Made by a program: the position numbers and the translations under genes
Source of the DNA: Eledone cirrhosa
Lineage: Eukaryota
Assembly (NCBI GenBank): GCA_964016885.1
Contig: OZ024745.1
Span: forward strand, 3,782,001-3,846,000
Reading direction: 5' to 3'
DNA: 64,000 nt
Part shown: one piece after another, positions 11,879 to 23,207 of the stretch
Position numbering within the stretch: the stretch's first letter is position 1
Layout of the letters: the number at the start of each line of letters is the position of its first letter
Notes under the pieces: generated by a model
The model's input: only the letters and a program-made list of their open reading frames with translations
Told to the model about the DNA's origin: nothing
The model's database searches: none

Positions 11879-14800
11879 CAAATAATCGTGCGTTCTTTAT
11901 AACTGACACATTTTCCCAAGCTCGATGTCTAGTGGATACAGGCGCTGCTTGCAGCATATGGCCGCTAAAACTTCTCAAAGAGAAGCCGCCAGTTTCATCC
12001 ATTTCTCTGCAAGCCGTAAATCATTCTCCTATCTCCACGTATGGTCAAATTTCTCATTCTTTGAACCTGGAATTGTGAAGAGACTTCACGTGGATTTTCA
12101 TGGTCGCTGATTTGCATTACCCTATTCTAGGCTCGGATTTCCTGCACCTCTTAGTGGATATGCGCAGACGCCGGTTGTTGGTGCTAATACGGAACTCTCC
12201 GTTCCGGGTTTCAAATCTACTGTCTCATCTATCAGCCAGGTATTCTTCATCGCCGCTTCAGAGGACCCTTTCCAGTCGCTTCTAAATTCCCTCCCAGAAT
12301 TGACAAATTTGAATTTTGTGGTGAGCAAGCCTACTCCCTCCACAAAACATTATATCGAAACTTCTGGCGCTCCTGTATTTTCTCGCCCTTGCCGCCTCCC
12401 TGCGGAGAAATTGAAAGCAGCGAAGGCTGAATTTAACCACATGCTACAGCTGGGGATTATACGCCCATCCTCAAGTCTGTGGACCGCTCCTTTGCATTTG
12501 GTTCCGAAGCGTTCCGGTAATTGGCGTCCCACTGGGGACTTTCGCCAGTTAAACGCGATGACGGTACCCGATGGCTACCCGATCCCACACATACAAGATT
12601 TCGCGTCTTCGCTTCATGGATGTAAGACATTCTCCAAATTGGATTTGGTCAAGACTTACCACCAGATTCCAATGAACCTGTTAGATATACCTAAAACTGC
12701 CGTAACAACTCCTTTCGGAGCGTTCGAATTTCTGACTATGCCTTTCGGTTTGCGAAACGCAGCCAGTACTTTCCAACGTTTCATGGATGAAGTTGTGCAC
12801 GATTTGGACTTCGTGTATAACTACATTGATGACATTCTCATGGCAAGTGCCTCACCCGAGGAACATGTCACTCACCTCCATCTACTGTTTGAGCAGTATC
12901 AGGTGCGAATCAACCCGGCGAAATGTGTTTTCGGTGCGTCTTCACTTGTCTTCTTGACGGGAATCTCACCACTGAGGGAATCTCACCACTGCCTGACAAA
13001 GTGAAAGCTCTGCAAGACCTTCAACCACCCACTTCACTTCGACAGCTACGACATTTCCTTGGTCTGCTGAACTACTACAGACGTTTTATCCCACACTGTG
13101 CGGATCTCCTGTCTCCTTTATCCGACCTGTTACGTAACAGGAAAAGGAAAAATGAATCCATCACACTGGACACGAGTCAGCTAAAAGCCTTCGACGAAGT
13201 GAAGCAGAAACTCACGGAGACATCACTGCTTGCACATTCGGTGTCTGGTGCCCGGTTTTCACTGGTCGTTGATGCATCGGGCACAGCTGTAGGCGCAGTT
13301 TTGCAACAGCATCACTAACAACAATTATAACCTCTCGCGTACTTCTCGAGACGACTGAAACCTGCAGAAACACGATATAGCACGTTCGGCCGTGAACTCC
13401 TGGCTATGTACCTCGCAGTGAAACACTTTTGGCATTCACTGGAGGGTCGTCAATTTGCGATCTACACTGATCATCGTCCACTTACATTCGCACTGCGTTC
13501 TAAGCCGGATAAATATTCACCTCGCGAAACTCGTCATTTGGACTTCATTTCGCAATTTACCAGCGATATCCGACACATCTCCGGTGAGCAGAATGCGGCG
13601 GCAGATGCCTTGTCTCGCCTCCCAATCAATTCCCTGTCATCACCTTCGGATATTGACCTTCAACGGATGGCCACAGAACAGCCACCCCTGGACACCTTGG
13701 ATCTTTCGTCTCCTGAATTTGCAACTGGCAAATTTTCATATCAACTTGTGCCCACTTCGGACACACAAATTATTTGTGACACCTCGACGGATTCACCTCG
13801 TCCTCTAGTTTCAGCGACTCATCGTTGTGCAGTTTTCGAGACCTTGCACGGTCTAGCACACCCTGGAATATCGACCACAGTGAAGCTCATTTCGGCTAGA
13901 TTCTTCTGGCCGAATATGAGGCGTGACATCACTGCCTGGACACGTTCCTGCTTGTCCTGCCAGAAGTCAAAGGTGCACAAACACATCCGCGCACCCCTCG
14001 GAACTTTCAGCACTCCAGACGCTCGGTTCAGTCATGCCCATATAGATCTCGTTGGACCATGGCCAGTCAGCCAAGGATTTACCTATCTTCTGACCTGTAT
14101 TGATCGCTTCACAAGTTGGCCTGAAGCCATTCCTTTAAGTGACATTTCGGCGGAATCTGTAGCGTGAGCCCTAGTATTGGGTTGGATATCGCGTTACGGA
14201 GTTCCAACCACTGTCACCACGGACCGTGGTGGACAGTTTGAGTCCCATCTCTTCCGAGAACTTTCAAGGATCCTGGGAATTAAGCGCATCCAAACGACTA
14301 GCTATCATCCAGCTTCCAACGGAATGATAGAGCGCTTCCACCGCCAATTGAAAGCCGCATTGCGCACTTATCCGGATCAACAGCAATGGAGCGAGTATGT
14401 ACCAATTGTCCTTCTTGGCTGTCATGCAGCTATCAAGGAGGATCTAGGATACTCCCCAGCTGAACTGGTTTACGGAGTACCTATATCTTTGCCGGGTCAG
14501 ATGTTGACCCCAATGGATTTACCTGAAACAGATCCAGCTCTGTATGTGAACAGACTGCGATCTTATTTTGGCAATATTCCGCCTATGAACCCTCGGCAAT
14601 AGACAATAAAGTCTTCGGTCCCGAAAGACATTGCTTCGTGGACCCACGTCTTTCTACGGAAGGATACCGTGAGAGCTCCTCTCACGTCACCTTATACCGG
14701 TCCTTATCGTGTGCTTGCACGCACAGATAAACTGTTCACTCTGGACATTGGTGATAAAAAAGAGACTGTATCCATCGATAGGGTGAAACAGGCCTTTACA

Positions 14801-14971
14801 GACACTCTCACACAAGAGCCCCATATTCCTCCTACATATACTCTGCATCAGCCAACACACACTACACATGCAACATTGCACACACCTTCTCCACCTACAC
14901 ATGTCACCACCACATGTAGTGGTCGCCGAGTACATTGGCCCAAGAAGCTTTGCAAGACTCTATATATATGA
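11827..14971 (+). pseudogene. pol: Gypsy pol (protease, RT, RNase H, integrase), disrupted
   Basis: PR: LVDTGAACS and ILGSDFL. RT: [23 protein letters not shown]: VDASG, ELLA, TDHRPL, NAAADALSR. IN: HGLAHPG..CLSC, IDLVGP, TDRGGQF, NGMIERFHR. Stops at 12076, 13316, 13328, 14165 and 14600. Frameshifts near 12180 and 12960. Confidence 0.95.
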
Positions 14972-15204
14972 ACTATGCTATATAGAGCAAGCTTTTTGAG
15001 TTCTTGTCCTCTCTTTATTTATATTAAATGCATTAATTAATGTGAACTTTGGACTATTTCTGCTGCTCAGTTTTTATGTTCCTCTTTTTCTCTGAAGCAA
15101 AACGCAGACATTCCTGTGAATTGATATTGTTTATTATATATTTACTGTTATATTTTTTTTTTTTTCTTGCAACTGCTACCCTTTTTTCTGTCGGCTTTAA
15201 GCCT

Positions 15205-15217
15205 AAGCAGGGGGTGA
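15205..15217 (+). promoter_or_regulatory. Polypurine tract (plus-strand primer)
   Basis: AAGCAGGGGGTGA lies immediately before the TG that starts the 3' LTR. Confidence 0.75.
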
Positions 15218-15558
15218 TGTAGCAGTAATATATATCCTTCGTAATTAAATGTATTTTCCTTCGGCAGAAGAAAAATGTTACGGAAGTAAATCAGCTGAAG
15301 TGTGAGCCAATCAAAACCTTCGGCGTAGCGATACAAGTAACTGGACTACTTAGACCAGAGAACGGAAGTTAAGACAGAAGACCAGTCTCCAGAAAAATCT
15401 ATCAGCAAAACGTCGATTCTTCGATACGCCATATCCTGTCGTATCTCACACATGGAAATACAGTCAAATTGAGTTTCACAGTGTGAAGCAAGAATAAATG
15501 AAGTACATACTTGTAATGGAGTTTGCCTATTTAATGCCTTCTGATCTAACAACTTACA
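15218..15558 (+). repeat. 3' LTR (~341 bp)
   Basis: TG...CA ends and AATAAA at 15493-15498. The right boundary is inferred because the matching part of the 5' LTR is missing. Confidence 0.8.
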
Positions 15559-16073
15559 TACTTTATTATATGACCTCTCAAGTAGCAGCTTTGCCTGGAG
15601 TAACTCTTTGATCTCTGAGCAACACACCCATTTGAGTAAGGTCACTTTGAAGACCCTTCAGGGACACCCCATTTCAACTACTTGAATTCACAAACAGCAA
15701 ATTGAAGATAGCAACTCTGGCGATAGTATGGTTGAAACAAATAATTCAGCTACATCCTCTCTTCATACAAAATTGACCTTGTAATAATAATAATAAAGGT
15801 TACTGAAAAATATTTGGACTTGATATCTGGAAAGCCATTTCTGTAAGAGATACAGAAAATAGTGCTGACTGGTACTGGCCATCTCCTAAGATGGGCATTA
15901 ACAATTTAAAAACCTAGCAAACACATCTACTGTTGTTTGTGCCCTTGTGGCATCATTTGTGTGACAATTGATTGGAAAATATGTGTATTATCAAATATTG
16001 TCTCAGGTGTCAGGTTGACACATAGCATGATTTGGGAAAGAAGCAGAATTCAAAGGAAGTTTCAAACAACAAT

Positions 16074-16445
16074 AATGTTTCTACTTTTGGCACAAGGCCA
16101 GCAATTATTCCCAGTACATTACTGGTACTTTATTTTATTGACCCTGTAAGGATGAAAGGTAAAGTTAACCTCGGCAGATTTGAACTCAGAATGTAAAGGG
16201 CCGTAACTATGCTGCAAAACATGGCATCTGACACTACTGATAATGGTTTCTACTTTAGGCACAAGGCCAGCAATTTGGGGAGAGGGGGAAAAAAAAAAAA
16301 AAAAAAAAAAAATCGACTAAATTGATCCCAGTGCATTACTGGTATTTTATTTTATCTAACCTCGGCGGGATTTGAACACAACGTAAAGAACTATAACTAT
16401 AAGATGCAAAGCATGTCCGCCGTTCTATTGATACTGCTAATCCAC
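16074..16445 (-). mobile_element. Two tandem SINE family A copies (~16074-16240 and ~16241-16445)
   Basis: Each begins GTTTCTACTTT(T/A)GGCACAAGGCCAGCAATT on the plus strand and contains CCTCGGC(A/G)G..ATTTGAAC. The second carries a poly(A) run at ~16289-16312. Confidence 0.75.
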
Positions 16446-16719
16446 AATAAAGAGATCAACTTGTAAGTTTAGATGAAACAATTGGACTAAGGGATTTATA
16501 ACATGAGGTTTTATGATATATAGTTCCGAGTTAAAATCCAATCAAGATCTTGTTTGCCCTTCACCACTTTGAGACTAGTCAAGTACCAATACTGTTTGTA
16601 TATCTTCCACAAAACTGACTTTGCACCAAAGAAAAACAATGTTTTGTTAAGTAGCAACAGAATGACTATGAAGATAAGTCTTCCAAGCAATGAATATATT
16701 ACAGCAGAAGACATTAGCA

Positions 16720-16845
16720 AGCTTTCTATGGCTGGATACCCTTCCTAACACCAACCACTTTACGAGTACTGGGTGCTTCTATCATGTAAATCACCAGCAC
16801 TAGGGAGGTTGTCATGTCCTTGACACAACTAAAGGATCCTCTCTT
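16720..16845 (-). mobile_element. Family B fragment with a single 48-bp-type unit
   Basis: TTTCTATGGCTGGATACCCTTCCTAACACCAACCACTTTACGAGTACTGGGTGCTT...CACCAGCAC. Confidence 0.65.
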
Positions 16846-17554
16846 TATTATATAAAAAGAAACATATAAGATTTATAGCCTGTAATGATGTCAAGGTTTC
16901 ACAAGCTTAACTAATTCCTAATATAGAAATAGGATTCCATTTCTGATTTCTAAATCAGAAAATAAAAGCCATTGATACAACTCAAGTGAAAATAGTATGA
17001 CATACATACACACTCACAAAATCTCTAGATAAATACATAAGCATTTTTGAAGGTCGGTTTGTATAAATATATTCTAAATATTCTGGTGGGAGATTATTTT
17101 GAAACTACATTTTTAAATATAAATATTTTGGAAAAAAAACAATCCTCTGCATTATATCATCATGGCTGGTTTAACAGTTATCTTTGTTGTTTTTTTTACA
17201 TGACATAGGCTGGATATTTTATTTGGCAAAATCTTTGCAGAAGATTACATTCTTTAACAATAACAAGATATTAATAGTGCCACTTGCTGCATTTGAAAAT
17301 CCTTTATTACTACTGCTTATAACATGTTGGTGCCAGAGTGAAACCCTTATTACTGCCAGGTGAAACCCTTATTACTGCACAACAAAGTTGCACAAAATTG
17401 AAAAATTCTTTTAAAATATTTTGTGGCCCCTGTAGATTATGTAACCCTAAGCTGTGGTTTGTTTAACTTATACCTAAATACAACACTAACAATAAAATGA
17501 CTCAATAGCAGCTACATTGTTAATAGTTCAAGACCTGCTAAAGTGATCATTTTG

Positions 17555-17962
17555 ATGCCACAACAAAAAGCACCCAGTCCACACTGTAAAGTGGTTGTGT
17601 TTGTGACATGACAAAAAGCTCCCAGTCCACACTGTAAAGTGGTCATGTTGGTGACATGACAAAAAGTGCCCAGTCCACACTGTAAAGTGGTCATGTTGGT
17701 GACATGACAAAAAGCACCCAGTCCACACTGTAAAGTGGTTGTGTTTGTGACATGACAAAAAGCTCCCAGTCCACACTGTAAAGTGGTCATGTTGGTGACA
17801 TGACAAAAAGCGCCCAGTCCACACTGTAAATGTGGTTGATATTAGGAAGGGCATCCAGCTGCAGAAACCAAGCGAAAATTAGTTCTGTACGAGCAAGATA
17901 TGGTTATCTGATCTGGCTTATCTCACGAGACAACTCATCTAACCCATGCTACCATGAGAAAA
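17555..17962 (+). mobile_element. Family B copy with an internal 48-bp array (~5-6 units, 17555-17830)
   Basis: Unit CCCAGTCCACACTGTAAAGTGGTCATGTTGGTGACATGACAAAAAGC(A/T), then GTGGTTGATATTAGGAAGGGCATCCAGCTGCAGAAACC...AACCCATGCTACCATG. Confidence 0.8.
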
Positions 17963-18477
17963 TTAATAGTTCAAGACATACTAAAGTTGTTATTGTAAGC
18001 TGTTGGACAGGAATCAGTTTTCTATGCATAACTCAGTTTTGTTGAAAGGGGGATATTATCTGATAATCACAGAATATGTTGCATCAACCATTGTTTCAAT
18101 CTGTTTCCATATGATCAAATGTCCTGTTTTAGGTAAAAACAAGCAAAATGGATTCTTCATCAAAAAAAAATGACCATTCACATCCAAATGGATATAGTAG
18201 TAAACTACAATCATATAGAGGCTGTGTTCAATTCTACTGAGAGCATTTTACAGTATTTGGGCAATAGTACATTTATTAGATATCAGATCATCTGGTAATG
18301 TTACTGTCTCTTATGTAAGGATAAGTTTATCTCTTATCAGCTCAACACGACAATAACAAAACTTCTTAAGCAGTGGGCCTCAGAGCATCAAACATTTGCA
18401 TATAATTCACTATCAAATTATATTTTTCAAATGTACATGCCACAGTAGCTGGGGTTAAGGCTAATCACTTCACCTTG

Positions 18478-20016
18478 AACTTGAGCTAGATTGAAGAAAG
18501 TTAACTTTGAACACAATTGAAGCAAATTAAATTTGAGCTAGATTGAAGAATGCTAACTTTGAGCTAGACTGAAGAATGCTAACTTTGAGCTAGACTAAAG
18601 AATGCTAACTTTGAGCTAGACTAAAGAAAGTTTACTTTGAGCTAGACTAAAGAAAGTTTACTTTGAGCTAGACTAAAGAAAGTTTACTTTGAGCTAGACT
18701 AAAGAAAGTTTACTTTGAGCTAGACTAAAGAAAGTTTACTTTGAGCTAGACTAAAGAAAGTTTACTTTGAGCTAGACTAAAGAAAGTTTACTTTGAGCTA
18801 GACTAAAGAAAGTTTACTTTGAGCTAGACTAAAGAAAGTTTACTTTGAGCTAGACTAAAGAAAGTTTACTTTGAGCTAGACTAAAGAAAGTTTACTTTGA
18901 GCTAGACTAAAGAAAGTTTACTTTGAGCTAGACTAAAGAAAGTTTACTTTGAGCTAGACTAAAGAAAGTTTACTTTGAGCTAGACTAAAGAAAGTTTACT
19001 TTGAGCTAGACTAAAGAAAGTTTACTTTGAGCTAGACTAAAGAAAGTTTACTTTGAGCTAGACTAAAGAAAGTTTACTTTGAGCTAGACTAAAGAAAGTT
19101 TACTTTGAGCTAGACTAAAGAAAGTTTACTTTGAGCTAGACTAAAGAAAGTTTACTTTGAGCTAGACTAAAGAAAGTTTACTTTGAGCTAGACTAAAGAA
19201 AGTTTACTTTGAGCTAGACTAAAGAAAGTTTACTTTGAGCTAGACTAAAGAAAGTTTACTTTGAGCTAGACTAAAGAAAGTTTACTTTGAGCTAGACTAA
19301 AGAAAGTTTACTTTGAGCTAGACTAAAGAAAGTTTACTTTGAGCTAGACTAAAGAAAGTTTACTTTGAGCTAGACTAAAGAAAGTTTACTTTGAGCTAGA
19401 CTAAAGAAAGTTTACTTTGAGCTAGACTAAAGAAAGTTTACTTTGAGCTAGACTAAAGAAAGTTTACTTTGAGCTAGACTAAAGAAAGTTTACTTTGAGC
19501 TAGACTAAAGAAAGTTTACTTTGAGCTAGACTAAAAAAAGTTTACTTTGAGCTAGACTAAAAAAAGTTTACTTTGAGCTAGACTAAAAAAAGTTTACTTT
19601 GAGCTAGACTAAAAAAAGTTTACTTTGAGCTAGACTAAAAAAAGTTTACTTTGAGCTAGACTAAAAAAAGTTTACTTTGAGCTAGACTAAAAAAAGTTTA
19701 CTTTGAGCTAGACTAAAAAAAGTTTACTTTGAGCTAGACTAAAAAAAGTTTACTTTGAGCTAGACTAAAAAAAGTTTACTTTGAGCTAGACTAAAAGAAA
19801 GTTTACGTTGAGCTAGACTAAAAGAAAGTTTACTTTGAGCTAGACTAAAGAAAGTTTACTTTGAGCTAGACTAAAGAAAGTTTACTTTGAGCTAGACTAA
19901 AGAAAGTTTACTTTGAGCTAGACTAAAGAAAGTTTACTTTGAGCTAGACTAAAGAAAGTTTACTTTGAGCTAGACTAAAGAAAGTTTACTTTGAGCTAGA
20001 CTAAAGAAAGTTTACT
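18478..20016. repeat. 26-bp tandem minisatellite, ~57 copies
   Basis: Unit ACTTTGAGCTAGACTAAAGAAAGTTT. Units are degenerate on the left (18478-18620), and a G>A variant block spans ~19530-19790. Confidence 0.98.
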
Positions 20017-20963
20017 GCTTCTAAAACAACAAAATGAAAATAAAGATAATAAAAGAATTCCTTTGATAAAATTATATGAAAGATGCTTACCTGTCATATA
20101 TGAATGATATGGAAATATAAATATTTGATTGAATAAAAATAAGTGTTCCATCAATAGGTTTTAAATCAAGCACATGAGAAATCCCAACTATCTAGTATAC
20201 AAATTCTATTAATAATAAAAAGAAAGGAACATAGATGTGGACTCGACCAGTTGCAGCATAGGCAACCTATCAAGGAGAACAGTAACTTTACAAAAAAAAC
20301 TAATACATGGTAGGAGACCATTCAGTCCTGACAATATTTTTGTACTTTTAGGCTAGCAAAAACAGAACAAGAATACCAGAAGATATGCAGAGTTAAGGTG
20401 GTTAGTGCGGTGTGTGTGGGGACAAGGACACAAGGAGAAGAGAGCTAGGTGGACCTGAATAAAGGTTGACATCAGATTAGCGAATTCCAAGGAGCAGAAA
20501 TGAGTGAGATAGCACAATAAAATATACCTAATCTACACTGCAAATTAGTTGGTGACAGGAAGCACAAGCAATTGTAAAGTCTGTACAAAAAAAACATGGA
20601 TCTACACAGCAACAAAGATTAGTGGTTGTCTCAGTAATTATGTCCCAGAGACAAAGGTATATGGCAAGATGATGTTAGATATATCCAACCTGTGAGCATG
20701 AAAAAAAAACCAACATAAATTAATGATGAAGAGGAGTTATAGAAGCAACAGTAATACAACCAAATAACAAACAAGTGAAATTCATGACAGAAACAGTTTT
20801 CACAGAACCCTAACAGAATTAAAACATAGATGCACGACTCTAGATACATTCTTAACAAAATAAGATTAATACTAGCAGTTGTACTGTTCATAAGTCACAA
20901 ACTTTAAACTTAAGAATAAGATATTAATCTGTAACTCAAATGAAATAAAAATAAAAATATATA

Positions 20964-21110
20964 TCATCATCGTTTAATGTCCATTTCCTACACTAGCATG
21001 GGTAGGATGTGCTGTCCCATTGTGGGAGATTCAGGTCAGAGGACCATGTCTTACACAGAACTGATTTTGGCTTGGTTTCTACAGCTGGATACCCTTCCTA
21101 ACACCAACCA
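20964..21110 (-). mobile_element. Family B 3' fragment
   Basis: TCATCATCGTTTAATGTCCATTTCCTACACTAGCATGGG...CTGGATACCCTTCCTAACACCAACCA. Confidence 0.7.
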
Positions 21111-21127
21111 TATATATATATATATAT

Positions 21128-21197
<70 letters not shown>
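21110..21197. repeat. (TA)n-(AG)n microsatellite
   Basis: Read directly from the sequence. It produces the ERERER ORF. Confidence 0.97.
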
Positions 21198-21204
<7 letters not shown>

Positions 21205-21369
21205 CAATTCAGGAAAAATTGCTCATTTTAAGCTCCACACTAGAAAACACAGGAATGAAACTTTGCTCATCAGGGAATCTGAGAAATGAGTTTAGTGCAG
21301 CTATGGAGTAGAAATAGATCTTGGGAGCTGACAATTTACACTTAAAATATATGAAATCAAACGTTGGCA

Positions 21370-21708
21370 AGGTGCAAAAATGAATATGTGTGAATATCAA
21401 AGCAGGAATGAGCTGAGAGAAAAGTTGAGTGTAAGAGGAATCAAATGTAGTGTGTAGGAGAGAAGAAAACACTAGTATAGTCATGTGATGTATATGGATG
21501 ATGACTGTTGGGTGAAGAAGTGCCAAGAAATCCCAGTGGAAGGAAACTGCAGTAGAAGGGGTCCAAAGAAGACCTGAGTGGAAGTTGTGAGAGTTTATCT
21601 CAAATTGCTGAAGCTCACAGAAGGGATGAAGGACCACAATGAGTGTGTGTGGGGGGGGGTATAAAAATACTCGGCAAACCCATGTAAAACAATGGTGATG
21701 ATGATGAA
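21370..21708 (+). pseudogene. RTE-type LINE 3' end with (GAT)n tail
   Basis: Translates as ELREKLSVRGIKCSV*ERRKH*YSHVMYMDDDCWVKKCQEIPVEGNCSRRGPKKT*VEVV, matching the 'RLRWYGHVxR...GRPRKTW' RTE C-terminus. Ends in CCCATG...GGTGATGATGATGA. Confidence 0.8.
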
Positions 21709-21886
21709 TTACAAAAATAACTGTTTCTTATAAATTTTAATCTATCTTATAAAACCCTCACTAGCAATAGTCACAATGAGATATATTTTTGCCATTAAAA
21801 GTTAGAACACTAGGGTCTGTTTGTCAGTTGCAGCAGTACTGTAGGGCACTGGTTCCCAGGTTTCAGTCAGTTGCAGCTCTGTAAGA

Positions 21887-22176
21887 CACTGGTTCCCAAC
21901 CTTCTGGGCACCATGCCTCACTTCAACATCAAAACTTGTTATGCCCCACCTCTCCTTGATATAAAAACAGTGGTGATCAACTGTAAAGTGTAAACAAATT
22001 GGTGTAGGTGGTGCCTGATGCACAATAACATGTGGAGGTGGTGAGAGAGGAGTTTATGACTAATGTGTAACAAAGTTGTCTCAGTGGTAATAAGGTAAAA
22101 CCTGAAGTATGTTCTCATTACCACTATTTTCAAAATTCGCCCCTGTGGGGCGTGTGGCCCATGTTGGGAATCACTG
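21887..22176. mobile_element. Putative hAT-type MITE
   Basis: Imperfect TIRs CACTGGTTCCCAAC and GTTGGGAATCACTG. Flanking 8-mers CTGTAAGA and CTCTAGGA (6/8 match) resemble the nTCTAGAn target of hAT-Charlie elements. Confidence 0.55.
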
Positions 22177-22309
22177 CTCTAGGATATCATTATTGTAGAT
22201 GGATTATCTATACAGAGCATATTACAGCAGTTGTAAATGGACAAAGGTTTGCAGTAACAGCAAAGAATCTGACTCCTTAGAAATTCACATCCACTCACTG
22301 GATCTTTCT

Positions 22310-22725
22310 TGGCATCCATTCTACTCTCTCTACCAAAGTCAGGATGTTTAACACCCTTGTGAGGACTATATAGGGCAGGGACCTGAAGAACCATCATTAC
22401 CACCATAAACAAAATACAAACATTCGTCAACATCTCAGCAATATTCTACTTATTCGTTGGTCAGACATGATTACTAATCAGTAATTGTAGCAATGAACTC
22501 CACAAGAGCCTGTCAATGAAATTATCCAGGGGTGATTGGTCACACCCTCCTAAGGCCTGTATCTTAAGGCTAGCCATAACCTGGAATTCCGTGGGAAAAG
22601 AAGTCACTATGATCTGGAAGCAAAAGCACAGTAGGTTGGGACATTCTTGGGGGACATTAGGAGGGGTAGCCCAGGACTTTGATGGTTGGAGAAAACTTGT
22701 TGACAGCTTATGCTCCAGTGAGAAG
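22310..22725 (+). pseudogene. RTE-type LINE fragment (post-RT region to C-terminus), frameshifted
   Basis: Successive pieces read TKVRMFNTLVR / LYRAGT*RTIITTINKIQTFVN / LSNILLIRWSDMITNQ / IGHTL / CILRLAITWN / GHSWGTLGGVAQDFDGWRKLVDSLCSS, matching canonical RTE motifs in order. Confidence 0.8.
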
Positions 22726-22741
22726 ACCCAAAGCAAAACTA

Positions 22742-23207
22742 AAGTTAACTGGATTGTAGTACATGTCCTAAGGGGTTTCCCAGGTATATCTGTGCAATAG
22801 CATTTTACCATCACTAATCTTGAATGTATCAACTTCAGGATAATTATCGATAAATATGTAGGTGTGATTCAACTGTAGAATGCCCCAATGTCTATATACT
22901 GTATGTTGGCAGGAAAATCAATGCAACCAAAACAAAAGGTAGTATCTGCTCGTATCTTGTCTTCTAAAGGAGCCCCTGTCATACTCGGGGGCAAGGTTTT
23001 GGAAGAGTTAGATCAATTTAAGTATCTTGGAACTATGTTCACTACCACAGTACAAGGTAAAGTATGATGTAGATGCCAGCATCAACCATGCGTGTCCTAA
23101 GCCAATTTTGGTCAAGAAGGCTAGACATTTATCTGGACATGAAATTTAAATCTTCTCACATCATCTGTCTGTATAGTTGCAGGATGGGGCCACAGAGAAT
23201 GGTAGGT
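22742..23207 (+). pseudogene. Second RTE-like LINE fragment (RT C-terminal half), running into the satellite
   Basis: VNWIVVHVLRGFPGISV..ITNLECIN (~IDW..PG..DLEYADD), then VGRKINATKTK, VILGGKVLEELDQFKYLGT, DVDASINHA and FWSRRLDIYLDMKFK..LYSCRMGPQR. Confidence 0.8.

Larger units (their letters stand above)
11561..15558 (+). mobile_element. Degenerate Ty3/Gypsy LTR retrotransposon with gag and PBS deleted
   Basis: Paired LTRs start with TGTAGCAG. Domain order is PR-RT-RH-IN, and a purine tract precedes the 3' LTR. The 3' end is inferred from AATAAA followed by ...TTACA. No clean TSD was found. Confidence 0.93.
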
